Part shown: in pieces, positions 9,193 through 17,721 of the stretch
How positions within the stretch are numbered: position 1 is the first letter of the stretch
Layout of the letters: each line of letters begins with the position of its first letter
Origin: Candidatus Poribacteria bacterium
GTDB lineage: Bacteria > Poribacteria > WGA-4E > PCPOR2b
Assembly: GCA_965208675.1 (NCBI GenBank)
Contig: OZ242351.1
Location: 4,288,001 to 4,352,000 of the forward strand
Direction: 5' to 3'
Length of the DNA: 64,000 nucleotides
The notes under the pieces: model-generated
Databases searched by the model: none
Seen by the model: only the letters and a program-made list of their open reading frames with translations
What the model was told of the DNA's origin: nothing
Made by a program: the position numbers and the translations under genes

Positions 9193-9867
9193 TCATTCCG
9201 GAAAAGGAATCTCCGGTTGATTACCGTTCAACAGATCTTTATAGTAACTAGACTGCTGTAAAATATTTGACTTAATCAAACTTTGGCGAGACAACGCGAC
9301 GTACAGCGCAGCTGAATACGCCTGACAGCTGAAGGATCGTTTCGGATTGAAAACAATGTCTGAAAACGCTTCGTACTCTTTTAGTTGCTCCGCGAGATTC
9401 GGATTCTGCTCTAGCGCCTGTAAGTATAGTAAATTGTAGAAGAAAGTCCTTGGCTCAGTCGGAAATTTCTTACCGTCAAAGTGATAACTGCGTAATTCGC
9501 CAGATGTTCGATGGCGTTCGTCGGTTTTTGCCTCTCGGCTTGACACATCGTACAAATCGATGTATGGTCCGCCTTTTTCAAAAACCTTGCTCCCTTGATA
9601 TGCGCATTCCACGCTCATCTCCTGCCCGCGTGGTGTTCGTAATTTTAGATTGAATGCACTCAATAATACTCCAAGTGTGGATTTCGACTTTCCTGAAATC
9701 TCCAAGATTGGCTCAATTCCCAACCTATTAGCGGCTTGGTGCAATGAATCAATAGATTTCTGTCGCTGTGATTTTGCAAAACCCGGAAACCATCTGAATT
9801 CTACGTCAATGGTTTGAACAAAAGAGACATCGCTTGAATCCGGTAAAAAAAGGGGGCGCTTTGCCAT
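9193..9867 (-). CDS. darG1: DarT1-associated NADAR antitoxin (DarG1)
   Basis: MAKRPLFLP..F.WFPGFAKSQRQKSI..LH..LEISGKS..GVLLSAFNL..VECAYQGSKVFEKGGPY..FSDIVFNPKRSFSCQA closely follows the DarG1/NADAR pattern; immediately downstream of darT. Confidence 0.88.
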   Translation of the reverse strand: MAKRPLFLPDSSDVSFVQTIDVEFRWFPGFAKSQRQKSIDSLHQAANRLGIEPILEISGKSKSTLGVLLSAFNLKLRTPRGQEMSVECAYQGSKVFEKGGPYIDLYDVSSREAKTDERHRTSGELRSYHFDGKKFPTEPRTFFYNLLYLQALEQNPNLAEQLKEYEAFSDIVFNPKRSFSCQAYSAALYVALSRQSLIKSNILQQSSYYKDLLNGNQPEIPFPE

Positions 9868-9879
9868 TATTTACAACTC

Positions 9880-10650
9880 CTAAAGTGGTATGTCGTCTTC
9901 TGGAGGAATCTTTTCAGGAGAAGGCCCTTCCTTGCTTTCCGAAACAGCACGCGACCAGAACTCATGGTCGACTCTTGGGTAGAAGTATTCCATGTCGTAG
10001 CGACATTTTTGAGTGAAGTTGCCGACATTGCCGCATTCCCATTGTCGCATAGCAGGAAAATCGAAAAAAATTACCTCCTTAATATACCGTGATGATATTC
10101 GGTCAAACACTAAAATCTCCGCTTGAGGATTCGTGGGAAAATTTCGGGGGATTCCCAATGATTTGCAACGAATCTCTCTGGTGTCGTAGTCAGATTCATC
10201 GCCAAATAATGCCCGAAACTCTTTAGGGTGTTTTCGGTCTTCCAATGGAATTTGGCGTACCCTGTTAGAAGAAGCGTTTTCTTGGCAAAACGCACAATCC
10301 AATTCCCATAACAATTCGGCGTCAAGGATTAGAACAACCCATTGGGAATCATACACGTCATCAGTTGTCTTTTTCTGCTCCCTAATTGAGAAAAACATTC
10401 TGTAGTTTGGAAAACTTAGACTTAGGCAAATTCGGTCTTTGTGCCCGTCAATGCGATCAACATCATTTATTTGGCAACTGATTCCTTGGGTGTCCAGCCG
10501 TTCTCGACTCAGCAATCCTTCCCGGAGAATGCTACCGAGATTTTCGATTCGTGTGAAATGCGCAAGGGTTTGTATTCCCCGCTCGACGCAGAACTGTTTA
10601 ATTTGAGTTCTTCTATCGTCCCAAAGTTCTCGCTGTTTGAATTCGCTCAT
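9880..10650 (-). CDS. darT1: DarT1-type DNA ADP-ribosyltransferase toxin (DUF4433)
   Basis: HFTRIENLGSILREGLLSR, NDVDRIDGH..ICLSLSFPNYRMF, CAF..NASSNRVR, catalytic QAEILVF; GGAGG RBS upstream. Confidence 0.9.
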   Translation of the reverse strand: MSEFKQRELWDDRRTQIKQFCVERGIQTLAHFTRIENLGSILREGLLSRERLDTQGISCQINDVDRIDGHKDRICLSLSFPNYRMFFSIREQKKTTDDVYDSQWVVLILDAELLWELDCAFCQENASSNRVRQIPLEDRKHPKEFRALFGDESDYDTREIRCKSLGIPRNFPTNPQAEILVFDRISSRYIKEVIFFDFPAMRQWECGNVGNFTQKCRYDMEYFYPRVDHEFWSRAVSESKEGPSPEKIPPEDDIPL

Positions 10651-10876
10651 TTTGTCTGGTCAAGACCTCCTTACGATTGTTGGTCATGGTACTTACTGAG
10701 AGTTTAGCAAACGTACCGCGTCTATCTGTAGAGAATCAGCGTAAGTTGAACAATATCCCTCGAAGCCGTTTGTGGCTTTAGATGTGCCGCTTAGAAGCAT
10801 TGAATCCCCTTCGCATTGACAACGTAGATTCTCTACATATGTTGATAGACGTTCCCTTACGCTTGAGTTTAGTATT

Positions 10877-11400
10877 TCATTTTCGAGGCGTATTGACAGT
10901 GATTTGAATCCGAAGCCCGCGGGCAATGTGTTCTAAGCGTTCTTTTCGCTGTTTGGTGGGGCCGCCGCATTCCACATAATGTCCATCAATTAGTATCGGT
11001 TTTCTTACGGATTTTGGAAGGTCCCTGCGGTGTTTGACTATGTTAGGATCGTACGGTGCACAAGGCTCCCCGCCTAGCTTGCTAATAACCTGCCGGAATG
11101 TATCTGTTCCGTTATCGTGATGTATGTGTTCCGCATTCGCCATTCTGACATCAAGATTCGTTTGGGATTCATAGTATCCTTTCCTTCCGCTCTTTGGTTG
11201 CGGTGTGGATTTCAGTCGCGGTTTCGATGGGGTGCCTTTCAGCGTCCTTAGGAAATCCAAGACGTGTGAGTGCGGCGGTTTGTGCCCAGAATGCTTTTTC
11301 GGCTTTCGTCGCAACCACTTCCGCCAGAACTGCGGACATTTCGTCTGGTTCGTTAAGCAACAGTTTCCATTTGTCACGTAAACTATTCCTTCTGCTTTAC
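10877..11400 (-). pseudogene. Frameshifted C-terminal remnant of a probable restriction-enzyme-associated protein
   Basis: Frame ..LRDKWKLLLNEPDEMSAVLAEVVATKAEKAF continues after a 1-nt shift as GHKPPHSHVLDFL..DTFRQVISKLG..YVECGGPTKQRKERLEHIARGLRIQITV; no intact 5' part. The family guess is from memory. Confidence 0.5.
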
Positions 11401-11736
11401 GCCTTCCTGAATGTCTAAATGTTCTCGCTAGAGAGGGTTATCTGCTGAAAAGGTGATTTTTACCGAGCCTTTTTCGGGATCACGGTGTATGGGAGTTTCT
11501 GACGGAGGTAAATGTGATATCATATTGCTGAAATTTATGGAGATTAGGGGACAGCACATGGATGGCGAATTAGTAATCAATATTCCTTCGGAATCAGAGT
11601 GGAGTCGCCGTGCTGTTAAGTTTTAATCGCTGGCGTCGCTATATCACCGATTTGCCGTGCTAAGACGTGACAAGGGCGGCTGCCGGGCATCTAGTGACCA
11701 AATTGAGAACCCTATAGAACTCCCAGTGGGTTTCGG

Positions 11737-11765
11737 ATTGTACCATGATAGTGATTGGAAATCAA
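11737..11765 (-). promoter_or_regulatory. Sigma70-type promoter facing the pseudogene/darTG1 side
   Basis: Minus strand TTGATT-N17-TACAAT with extended TG. Confidence 0.5.
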
Positions 11766-11874
11766 GAGTAAAGGGACATGGACGCTACATAGCTACCGGC
11801 AACTCAGGCGAACGTGATTGACAGCTTTCCAATCACACCCAAATCGTCTTCAAACAGCTGTCTGCCCAGTTTAT

Positions 11875-12218
11875 GTAGGTTGGGTAGATCGGATATGGTG
11901 ATACATACGTAGTATTTTGTAAGAAATACATACCTTGAGATTGTTTGGTAAATGTAACGGTGGAGCGAAACCCAACGTTTTTGAAACGTTCCGACCGCAG
12001 AACTGCGCACCCCAACACCAGAACGATTGTGACAGGAATATACGATGAGAATGTTTGAAATTCGGAGTGGCGTATTGTAATCGGAATTTGCTAGGGTTGC
12101 CGGAGGTTAAAAAGCGTTGGGTTTCGCTATGCGTAAATTGTCAGCCGTATCATCAGAGATTCGCAACGGTAACCTGCCACCTGAACCGTTTTGCAATTAT
12201 CCGCTCTACCCAACCTAC
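11875..12218. repeat. Convergent pair of GTAGGTTGGGT..ACCCAAC elements (REPIN-like)
   Basis: GTAGGTTGGGTAGATCGG..GCGAAACCCAACG on + and CGTTGGGTTTCGC..CCGCTCTACCCAACCTAC on -. Confidence 0.8.
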
Positions 12219-12416
12219 AGAAACTTCTGCGACGGTCCCGACGCCCTACAAGGCGCAATCGAGTCGCCCACTACCCGTTTCCTCGTCGAACGGCTTCCGA
12301 ACGGAATGCCGGAAGAGGAAAAATCCGGCCAAATGATGAACATTGTAAGGAGCTATCCATCATGACTGAATTATCAATAATTGCTGAATTAACTAACCCG
12401 ATAAAGGCTTCAAAAA

Positions 12417-12530
12417 TGAGCATTCTCAACTTATCTTTTCAAATGCTCAACCCCACAAACCCGCTCCCTGTCTAGCGTTGTGCCTATTTTTACTAATTTT
12501 CGCATATTCCAAATGCTCACAGAATGCTCA
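12417..12530. promoter_or_regulatory. Cluster of four AATGCTCA octamers (putative operator / parS-like array)
   Basis: TGAGCATT at 12417-12424 (inverted) and AATGCTCA at 12442-12449, 12512-12519 and 12523-12530. Confidence 0.6.
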
Positions 12531-12581
12531 AATCAAAAATCCCAAATTTGCTTTTCCGTAATGGGCGCTGACACAACAATC

Positions 12582-12610
12582 TTGACGCCATTTATGGTGT
12601 CTGATATAAT
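12582..12610 (+). promoter_or_regulatory. Near-consensus sigma70 promoter of the ParB-like operon
   Basis: TTGACG-N17-TATAAT with extended TG. Confidence 0.75.
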
Positions 12611-12785
12611 CCAAAAATCGCCATTAGCACATGCGAACTTTGGGTTTCAATGTACGCCGGCATTGTTAAATGTCAGAAGTTCTATTGTCGTTGATGAAGA
12701 TACGATTTTTGCTGTCCAATTCAACCTACAATTCCAGCGCGTTGATTAACAGTATACGCCGACATAAACACAAAGGAGATTTACG

Positions 12786-13640
12786 ATGAGCGGAATCACG
12801 GAAATTCTTGTCAGTAAAATTGACCCAAAAAGTGAAGTCAACGTACGTCGCCTCGGTATTGAAGACAATGTAGAGCAAGTTAAATCCTCCATTCAAAAGC
12901 ATGGTTATTGGCGTGACCAGCCAATCGTAGTTCGACCGCACCCGGACCCCGCATCTGGATTCGAATTTCAGCACATTACTGGTCAATGTAGGTTAAAGGC
13001 GTGTTTAGAACTGGGAATGTTGGAAATCCCCGCTGTTGTCGAAGACATTAGTGATGAAGAAGCTATTCAGCGCTCCTGGGGAGAAAACGAGCATCGCGGA
13101 GAGTTATTAATGTCCGATAAAACTTACTGGGCAAATTATTTCTACAACCGCTATAGAGGCGATATGCATGAGACAAGAGAAGCTATTGAGCTTGCCGCAA
13201 AGTTTCTAAATGTGACCGTTGACACTGTGCGCGATTATTTAGGTTTGGCCCTCCTTCCGGAAGAAGTGATAAAAATGGCAGATTCAAAACTCATCACAAA
13301 AGATCAGGCGGAGGCTATTATGAAAAATACCCATGACCCTTCGTCATTTGACGAATCACAGCAAAAGATGATAGAACGTGCGAGCTGGCTTCAACAACAA
13401 CCATCCCGAGAAGGCAGAACATTTGCTGTAGAGGCATTGAACGAATTGACACACGACGCTGCTATCAAAGAATTAAATGGATATGTAATGGATAAATTCG
13501 AGGATATAAAACGAAAGGTGGACATTGTCATACCGACACAGTTGTATGATGATTTATTAAAATGGGGCGAGCGTCGAGGCGTGGAAGACAAATCTATCAT
13601 CATAAATCTCATGATTGCGGAGACTCTGCGAGATGGATAA
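12786..13640 (+). CDS. ParB/RepB/Spo0J N-terminal (CTPase-fold) domain protein with HTH and RHH-like C-terminus
   Basis: N.RR..VEQVKSSIQKHGY..QPIVVRP..ITGQCRLKAC..EIPAVV..ENEHR; HTH-like AAKFLNVTVDTVRDYLGL; AAAGGAG RBS. Confidence 0.85.
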   Translation: MSGITEILVSKIDPKSEVNVRRLGIEDNVEQVKSSIQKHGYWRDQPIVVRPHPDPASGFEFQHITGQCRLKACLELGMLEIPAVVEDISDEEAIQRSWGENEHRGELLMSDKTYWANYFYNRYRGDMHETREAIELAAKFLNVTVDTVRDYLGLALLPEEVIKMADSKLITKDQAEAIMKNTHDPSSFDESQQKMIERASWLQQQPSREGRTFAVEALNELTHDAAIKELNGYVMDKFEDIKRKVDIVIPTQLYDDLLKWGERRGVEDKSIIINLMIAETLRDG

Positions 13641-14250
13641 GGATACCGCGCGAGCGTATTTAACACATCCGAAGGGCCGGAAACCTTCGGAAATTGGTGA
13701 AGCTGTGGCAGTTTTACGTTCAGATTATCACTCCTATAAAGAAATGGCGCGCGATTACCCATTGAGCGAAAAAACCTTGTCGGGACGACATCGCATATTT
13801 CGACTTCCCAAGGGCATTCGATGGAAGATTGACGAAGGGGAAATTTCAATCACTAAAGGCGAGCAAATAATCCGACTTAACGAAGAAATGGACCAGTGGT
13901 TTTTAGCATTCGCTATTGTCGAAGAACGACTAGAGGAAGAAGTATGCATCAATGTCGTTACTCGCGTTCAGAAATACAATGATTCGATTAGGGATGCCCT
14001 TCGTGAAGCCGCGGGTGTGCAATGCGATAGCATTGTCCATTTGATGCTACCTCTAAATTTTGACGTCCGATTTGCAATGGCTCAGAAAGCATGGGATCGA
14101 AATACGGAATTACAGGACTTTTGCTATGACCAAATGCGTGAAGACCCCGACGCCGCCCTTCAAGAATTAAAGGACGCTTATCGCTCCCTACTATCAAAAT
14201 TTGACGAGGGCATGTCGCATTTACTTGACACTGGATCTGGCTCGGCTTAA
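13633..14250 (+). CDS. ParB-like HTH/C-terminal protein lacking the CTPase domain
   Basis: ATG overlaps the previous stop (ATGGATAA); PSEIGEAVAVL..SYKEMARDYPLSEKTLSGRHRIFRLPKGIRWKIDEGEISITKG..DQWFLAFAI mirrors the ParB central HTH region. Confidence 0.75.
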   Translation: MDKDTARAYLTHPKGRKPSEIGEAVAVLRSDYHSYKEMARDYPLSEKTLSGRHRIFRLPKGIRWKIDEGEISITKGEQIIRLNEEMDQWFLAFAIVEERLEEEVCINVVTRVQKYNDSIRDALREAAGVQCDSIVHLMLPLNFDVRFAMAQKAWDRNTELQDFCYDQMREDPDAALQELKDAYRSLLSKFDEGMSHLLDTGSGSA

Positions 14251-14337
14251 CTATGCACTTGCCTAAATTTTTTAAGGTTGGGTAAAGATCAACTGAACGA
14301 AAAGATCAGATGAACCAGTGGCGAGCGCCAAAGCTTT

Positions 14338-14686
14338 TGTAGGTTGGGTTAAGCGGGCAAATAAGGGATGCAAAACTCGACGAATGGATACCGGAATTTG
14401 AATTTGTTTGGAATTTGAAAAATGTGTAGCGAACGCAACGGTCAACTGAATGAATAAATCAAGCGACTGCATGAGGAATGCTATAGCGACATTGCAATCT
14501 TAATTCCCCTCCTTACCAAGGAGGGGCTAGGGGAGGTTATGGAACAGGATCAACTGAGCGATTAGCGATGGCGATTGTCTTTTCCTCTCCCGTCTCCGGC
14601 TTCCCCGCGCATCGAATCTTGAACCGCTTCTTCCGCGCAACGTAAAATTGTACAGCATACGGTGAAATCCGCTCAACCCAACCTAC
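14338..14686. repeat. Convergent REP-like pair with internal CCCTCCTTACCAAGGAGGG hairpin
   Basis: GTAGGTTGGGTTAAGCGG at about 14339 and CCGCTCAACCCAACCTAC at about 14669; shares GATCAACTGAGCGA with the 8040 region. Confidence 0.7.
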
Positions 14687-14734
14687 AAGAACTGAAATCG
14701 CACGGTTTAGAACGTAGATACCAGGCAAAATTAA

Positions 14735-15340
14735 ATGCAAACACACATCATTACCCGTGACCACATCGTTTATAGTTTCGACCGAGAGCATAACCCGGTT
14801 CGAAAAATCGATCCAGGCGACAAAATCTGCTTTGAAACCTATGATGCGAGAACCGGTACGATTCGGGGCGAAGATAATCTTCTCGACCGCCCGCATCCGC
14901 TTGGCGCAAATCCCGCTACCGGACCTGTATTCGTGCGAGGTGCCGATCCGGGTGATACCCTCCGTGTTGAGATTCTAGAGGTCCAACTTGCATCGCAGGG
15001 TTTCATTGCGATAAAGGCGGGGTTGGGAAACTTGGGGCATCTCGCCGAAAAGTATGTGACTCGCCTCGTTCAGATCGAGGACGGCATCGTGCACTATGAC
15101 GACCGCATACGTTTTCCGGTTCGCCCGATGATTGGCGTCATTGGCACCGCGCCCAAACTTGCCGATGCCATCACTATTGCCTGCGAAGAAATGGCAAATC
15201 TTCTCCAGCAGAAACTCTCCGTTTCGTTCGACGACGCCTATCTGTTGATGAGCGCCATCGGCGACGTTCGGATAAGCCAATCCTGCCAGCCGAACCAATT
15301 CCCTTCCACAATTCGTGTCGTTTTTCCCAAAATCGGTTGA
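14735..15340 (+). pseudogene. Acetamidase/formamidase family protein with in-frame internal deletion
   Basis: NPATGPVFVRGADPGDTLRVEIL and PVRPMIGVIGTAP run directly into the C-terminal ..DAYLLMSAIGDVRISQ; the GGNMD and GDxHA segments are absent. Confidence 0.7.
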
Positions 15341-15660
15341 CGCTTCCAAAAAATAATAGAACCTTTACGTCCTCGTATTGACTCCTTACGTCCGTAATGA
15401 ACGTTGACCTTGACGGCTGGTATATGGTATATTTTCACAATCTGAGCGGGATCGGATTTCCAATCGTGTAGAAGGCGTGATTAGCAGTGTAAAGAAATCG
15501 CGCCGGCAATCCGAGAATCTCATTCAACTATACATGCGTCAGGACAATCTCCTAAAGTCATCAGAATCAGAAGACAGATCGGAACGATGTATTGATGTAG
15601 CGGCAAAGAGCTCAATATTCCTTACCTGTCTCAATCAGAGACGTTAAACACCTATCGAAG

Positions 15661-15713
15661 AAAAGCCCATGTCTGAATCCGGGGCTGCCAGCCGGATTGG
15701 TCGTGGGCTTTTT
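15661..15713. terminator. Intrinsic terminator-like hairpin (possibly bidirectional)
   Basis: AAAAGCCCATG..AATCCGG..CCGGATT..CGTGGGCTTTTT. Confidence 0.65.
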
Positions 15714-15892
15714 GAATATAATGTCCTATCCTAGGATGCACGTTTGATATCCTTCACAGAAAAACGATCTGCCTGCGTTTTTTACTTAATTGTATGGTTT
15801 CTGGGTTACTCCCTGAAGTCATGCAATTTTGCCGGCGCTACCACTAATTGCGCCAGCCTATACGTCGGTGGACCATTGGAAGGAATTACCAG

Positions 15893-17593
15893 ATGACAAA
15901 TGACGAAATTAGCGACGTTTTTAGGAACATCAGCAATCTCCTTCAGATTCAAGGTGAAGACTCCTTCCGCGCCAGGATTTATGAGAGGTCGGCGGAGTCT
16001 ATTGAGTCGCTCACCGTTGACCTGCATCAGTTAGTTGAACAAGGACAGGTTCGTTCGATACCTGGGATCGGCAAAGCAATTGAGCAGAAAATTATCGAAA
16101 TGCTAGAGACCGGGCGATGTCGATTTTATGAAAACTTAATTCAGGAGATGGGCTCGGAAGTGTTGGAATTGCTGCGCGTGCGGGGGGTTGGGGCGAAAAC
16201 AGCCAGCCGCTTCTATCACGAGTTAGGCGTGAAGAGTGCCAGCAATCTCCGGGAAGCAATTGATAGCGGTAAACTCAAAGAGATGGATCGGATGGGTGCC
16301 AAGACAATCGCCGCGATCGATCGGGGTTTGAAATATTTTGAATCACAAAGCCAAACGCGTGCGCTCTGGCAGGTTTTACCGATTGCGCATGCCGTTCTTG
16401 GTGCGTTAGAGCGCTGCGATGAAATCGGAAGAGCCGATTTCACCGGAGACCTCCGTAGGTGCGAAGAAGTGTTACAAAGCGTTGAACTGATGGCTGAATG
16501 CGAAAACCCGGTTGCGATTGCTGAAATCTTGTCAGCGATAAAAGGCGTTGAATCACCGGATATAGAGAATGGTGTTTTAATTACTGCATCTGTAGATGGC
16601 GGGTTTCCGCTGCGTATTCACTGTTTCCAGCCCGAGGCGTATGGGGAAGGATTGTTGTTGACCACAGGTACGGGTGAGCACATAGCTAAACTCAATCAGA
16701 TTGCTAAAACTCGACACCTGGATGAGATATGCACGCCGTCACCCGTCTGGTGCAACAATAAGACTGAAGCTGGCATCTATGATAAGCTTGGATTACCTTA
16801 CATCGTTCCTGAATTAAGGCGGAGTGCAGACGCGGTAGATTCCGCCTTGGCAGGTGAGTTGCCGACTCTAGTTGAGCTTGATGATTTGCGTTGCGATCTC
16901 CATGCCCACACCGACTGGAGTGATGGGCGGCATTCAATCAGGGAAATGATAGAAGCCGCCAAAGCGTTCGGACATGAATACATCGCCATTACCGATCACT
17001 CGGAATCCTCGCGGGTGGCAAACGGACTGACTCCTGAACGGCTGCTGGAACAGATTAAACACATCCGCGAAGCGAATGCGGCGATCGGCGGTATTGAAGT
17101 GTTAGCCGGTTCGGAGGTCGACATTCGCATAGATGGGAGCCTTGATTTTTCCGATGAGATTCTGGATCAGCTCGACATCGTTATCGCAAGTGTTCATTCT
17201 GGCTTTACGCTGAGCAAATCAGCGATGACGAAGCGCGTGGTACGCGCCATCGAGAATCCGTATGTCACAATTATCGGCCACCCAACAGGGCGGTTACTGG
17301 GTCAACGCCCTGGATACGCAATTGACCTTGATGAGGTAATCAGCGCTGCCGCGGCGAATAATGTCGTGTTAGAAATTAACGCATCTCCCAGCCGGTTGGA
17401 TTTGGAGCCGTGTGTTGCCCGACATGCGCGGAGAAACGGGGTTTTACTAGCGATTAACACGGATGCGCATTCGACCAAACAAATCGAACACATCGGGTTC
17501 GGCGTCAACGTTGCACGGCGGGGTTGGCTAGAAAAGAAAGATGTGATTAACACTTTTCCGTTGGCGTCATTGCAAAAGATTATTCCCCGATAG
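15893..17593 (+). CDS. polX: DNA polymerase X/PHP 3'-5' exonuclease fusion, non-canonical polymerase site
   Basis: N-terminal 8-kDa/HhH region (IPGIGKAI, VRGVGAKT), LGLPYIVPELR, PHP motifs DLHAHTDWSDG, ITDHS, GHPTGR, NTDAH; ATG at 15893. Confidence 0.92.
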   Translation: MTNDEISDVFRNISNLLQIQGEDSFRARIYERSAESIESLTVDLHQLVEQGQVRSIPGIGKAIEQKIIEMLETGRCRFYENLIQEMGSEVLELLRVRGVGAKTASRFYHELGVKSASNLREAIDSGKLKEMDRMGAKTIAAIDRGLKYFESQSQTRALWQVLPIAHAVLGALERCDEIGRADFTGDLRRCEEVLQSVELMAECENPVAIAEILSAIKGVESPDIENGVLITASVDGGFPLRIHCFQPEAYGEGLLLTTGTGEHIAKLNQIAKTRHLDEICTPSPVWCNNKTEAGIYDKLGLPYIVPELRRSADAVDSALAGELPTLVELDDLRCDLHAHTDWSDGRHSIREMIEAAKAFGHEYIAITDHSESSRVANGLTPERLLEQIKHIREANAAIGGIEVLAGSEVDIRIDGSLDFSDEILDQLDIVIASVHSGFTLSKSAMTKRVVRAIENPYVTIIGHPTGRLLGQRPGYAIDLDEVISAAAANNVVLEINASPSRLDLEPCVARHARRNGVLLAINTDAHSTKQIEHIGFGVNVARRGWLEKKDVINTFPLASLQKIIPR

Positions 17594-17654
17594 AAGGGTC
17601 ATCCGGAAAACTCCTCCATTACTCCCCAGTTATACGCTCTTCGGGGCTTTTTCT

Positions 17655-17683
17655 TTGACATTCCCAGGCATACATGATAAATT
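17655..17683 (+). promoter_or_regulatory. Sigma70-type promoter of the rhomboid gene
   Basis: TTGACA-N17-TAAATT with extended TG. Confidence 0.55.
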
Positions 17684-17721
17684 TCCGTTGAATCCTACAC
17701 TAAATCGGATTCAAGAATACC

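Noticed and set aside
8769-9220. ORFs 8769-8954 and 8939-9220 as extra island genes
   Set aside because: No clear RBS or recognisable motif, and the second overlaps the darG1 stop on the opposite strand.
6990-14700. CRISPR array, prophage or ICE at the tRNA cluster
   Set aside because: No regularly spaced identical repeats, cas genes, integrase or duplicated tRNA 3' end (att) were seen; the island lies 5' of the tRNAs.
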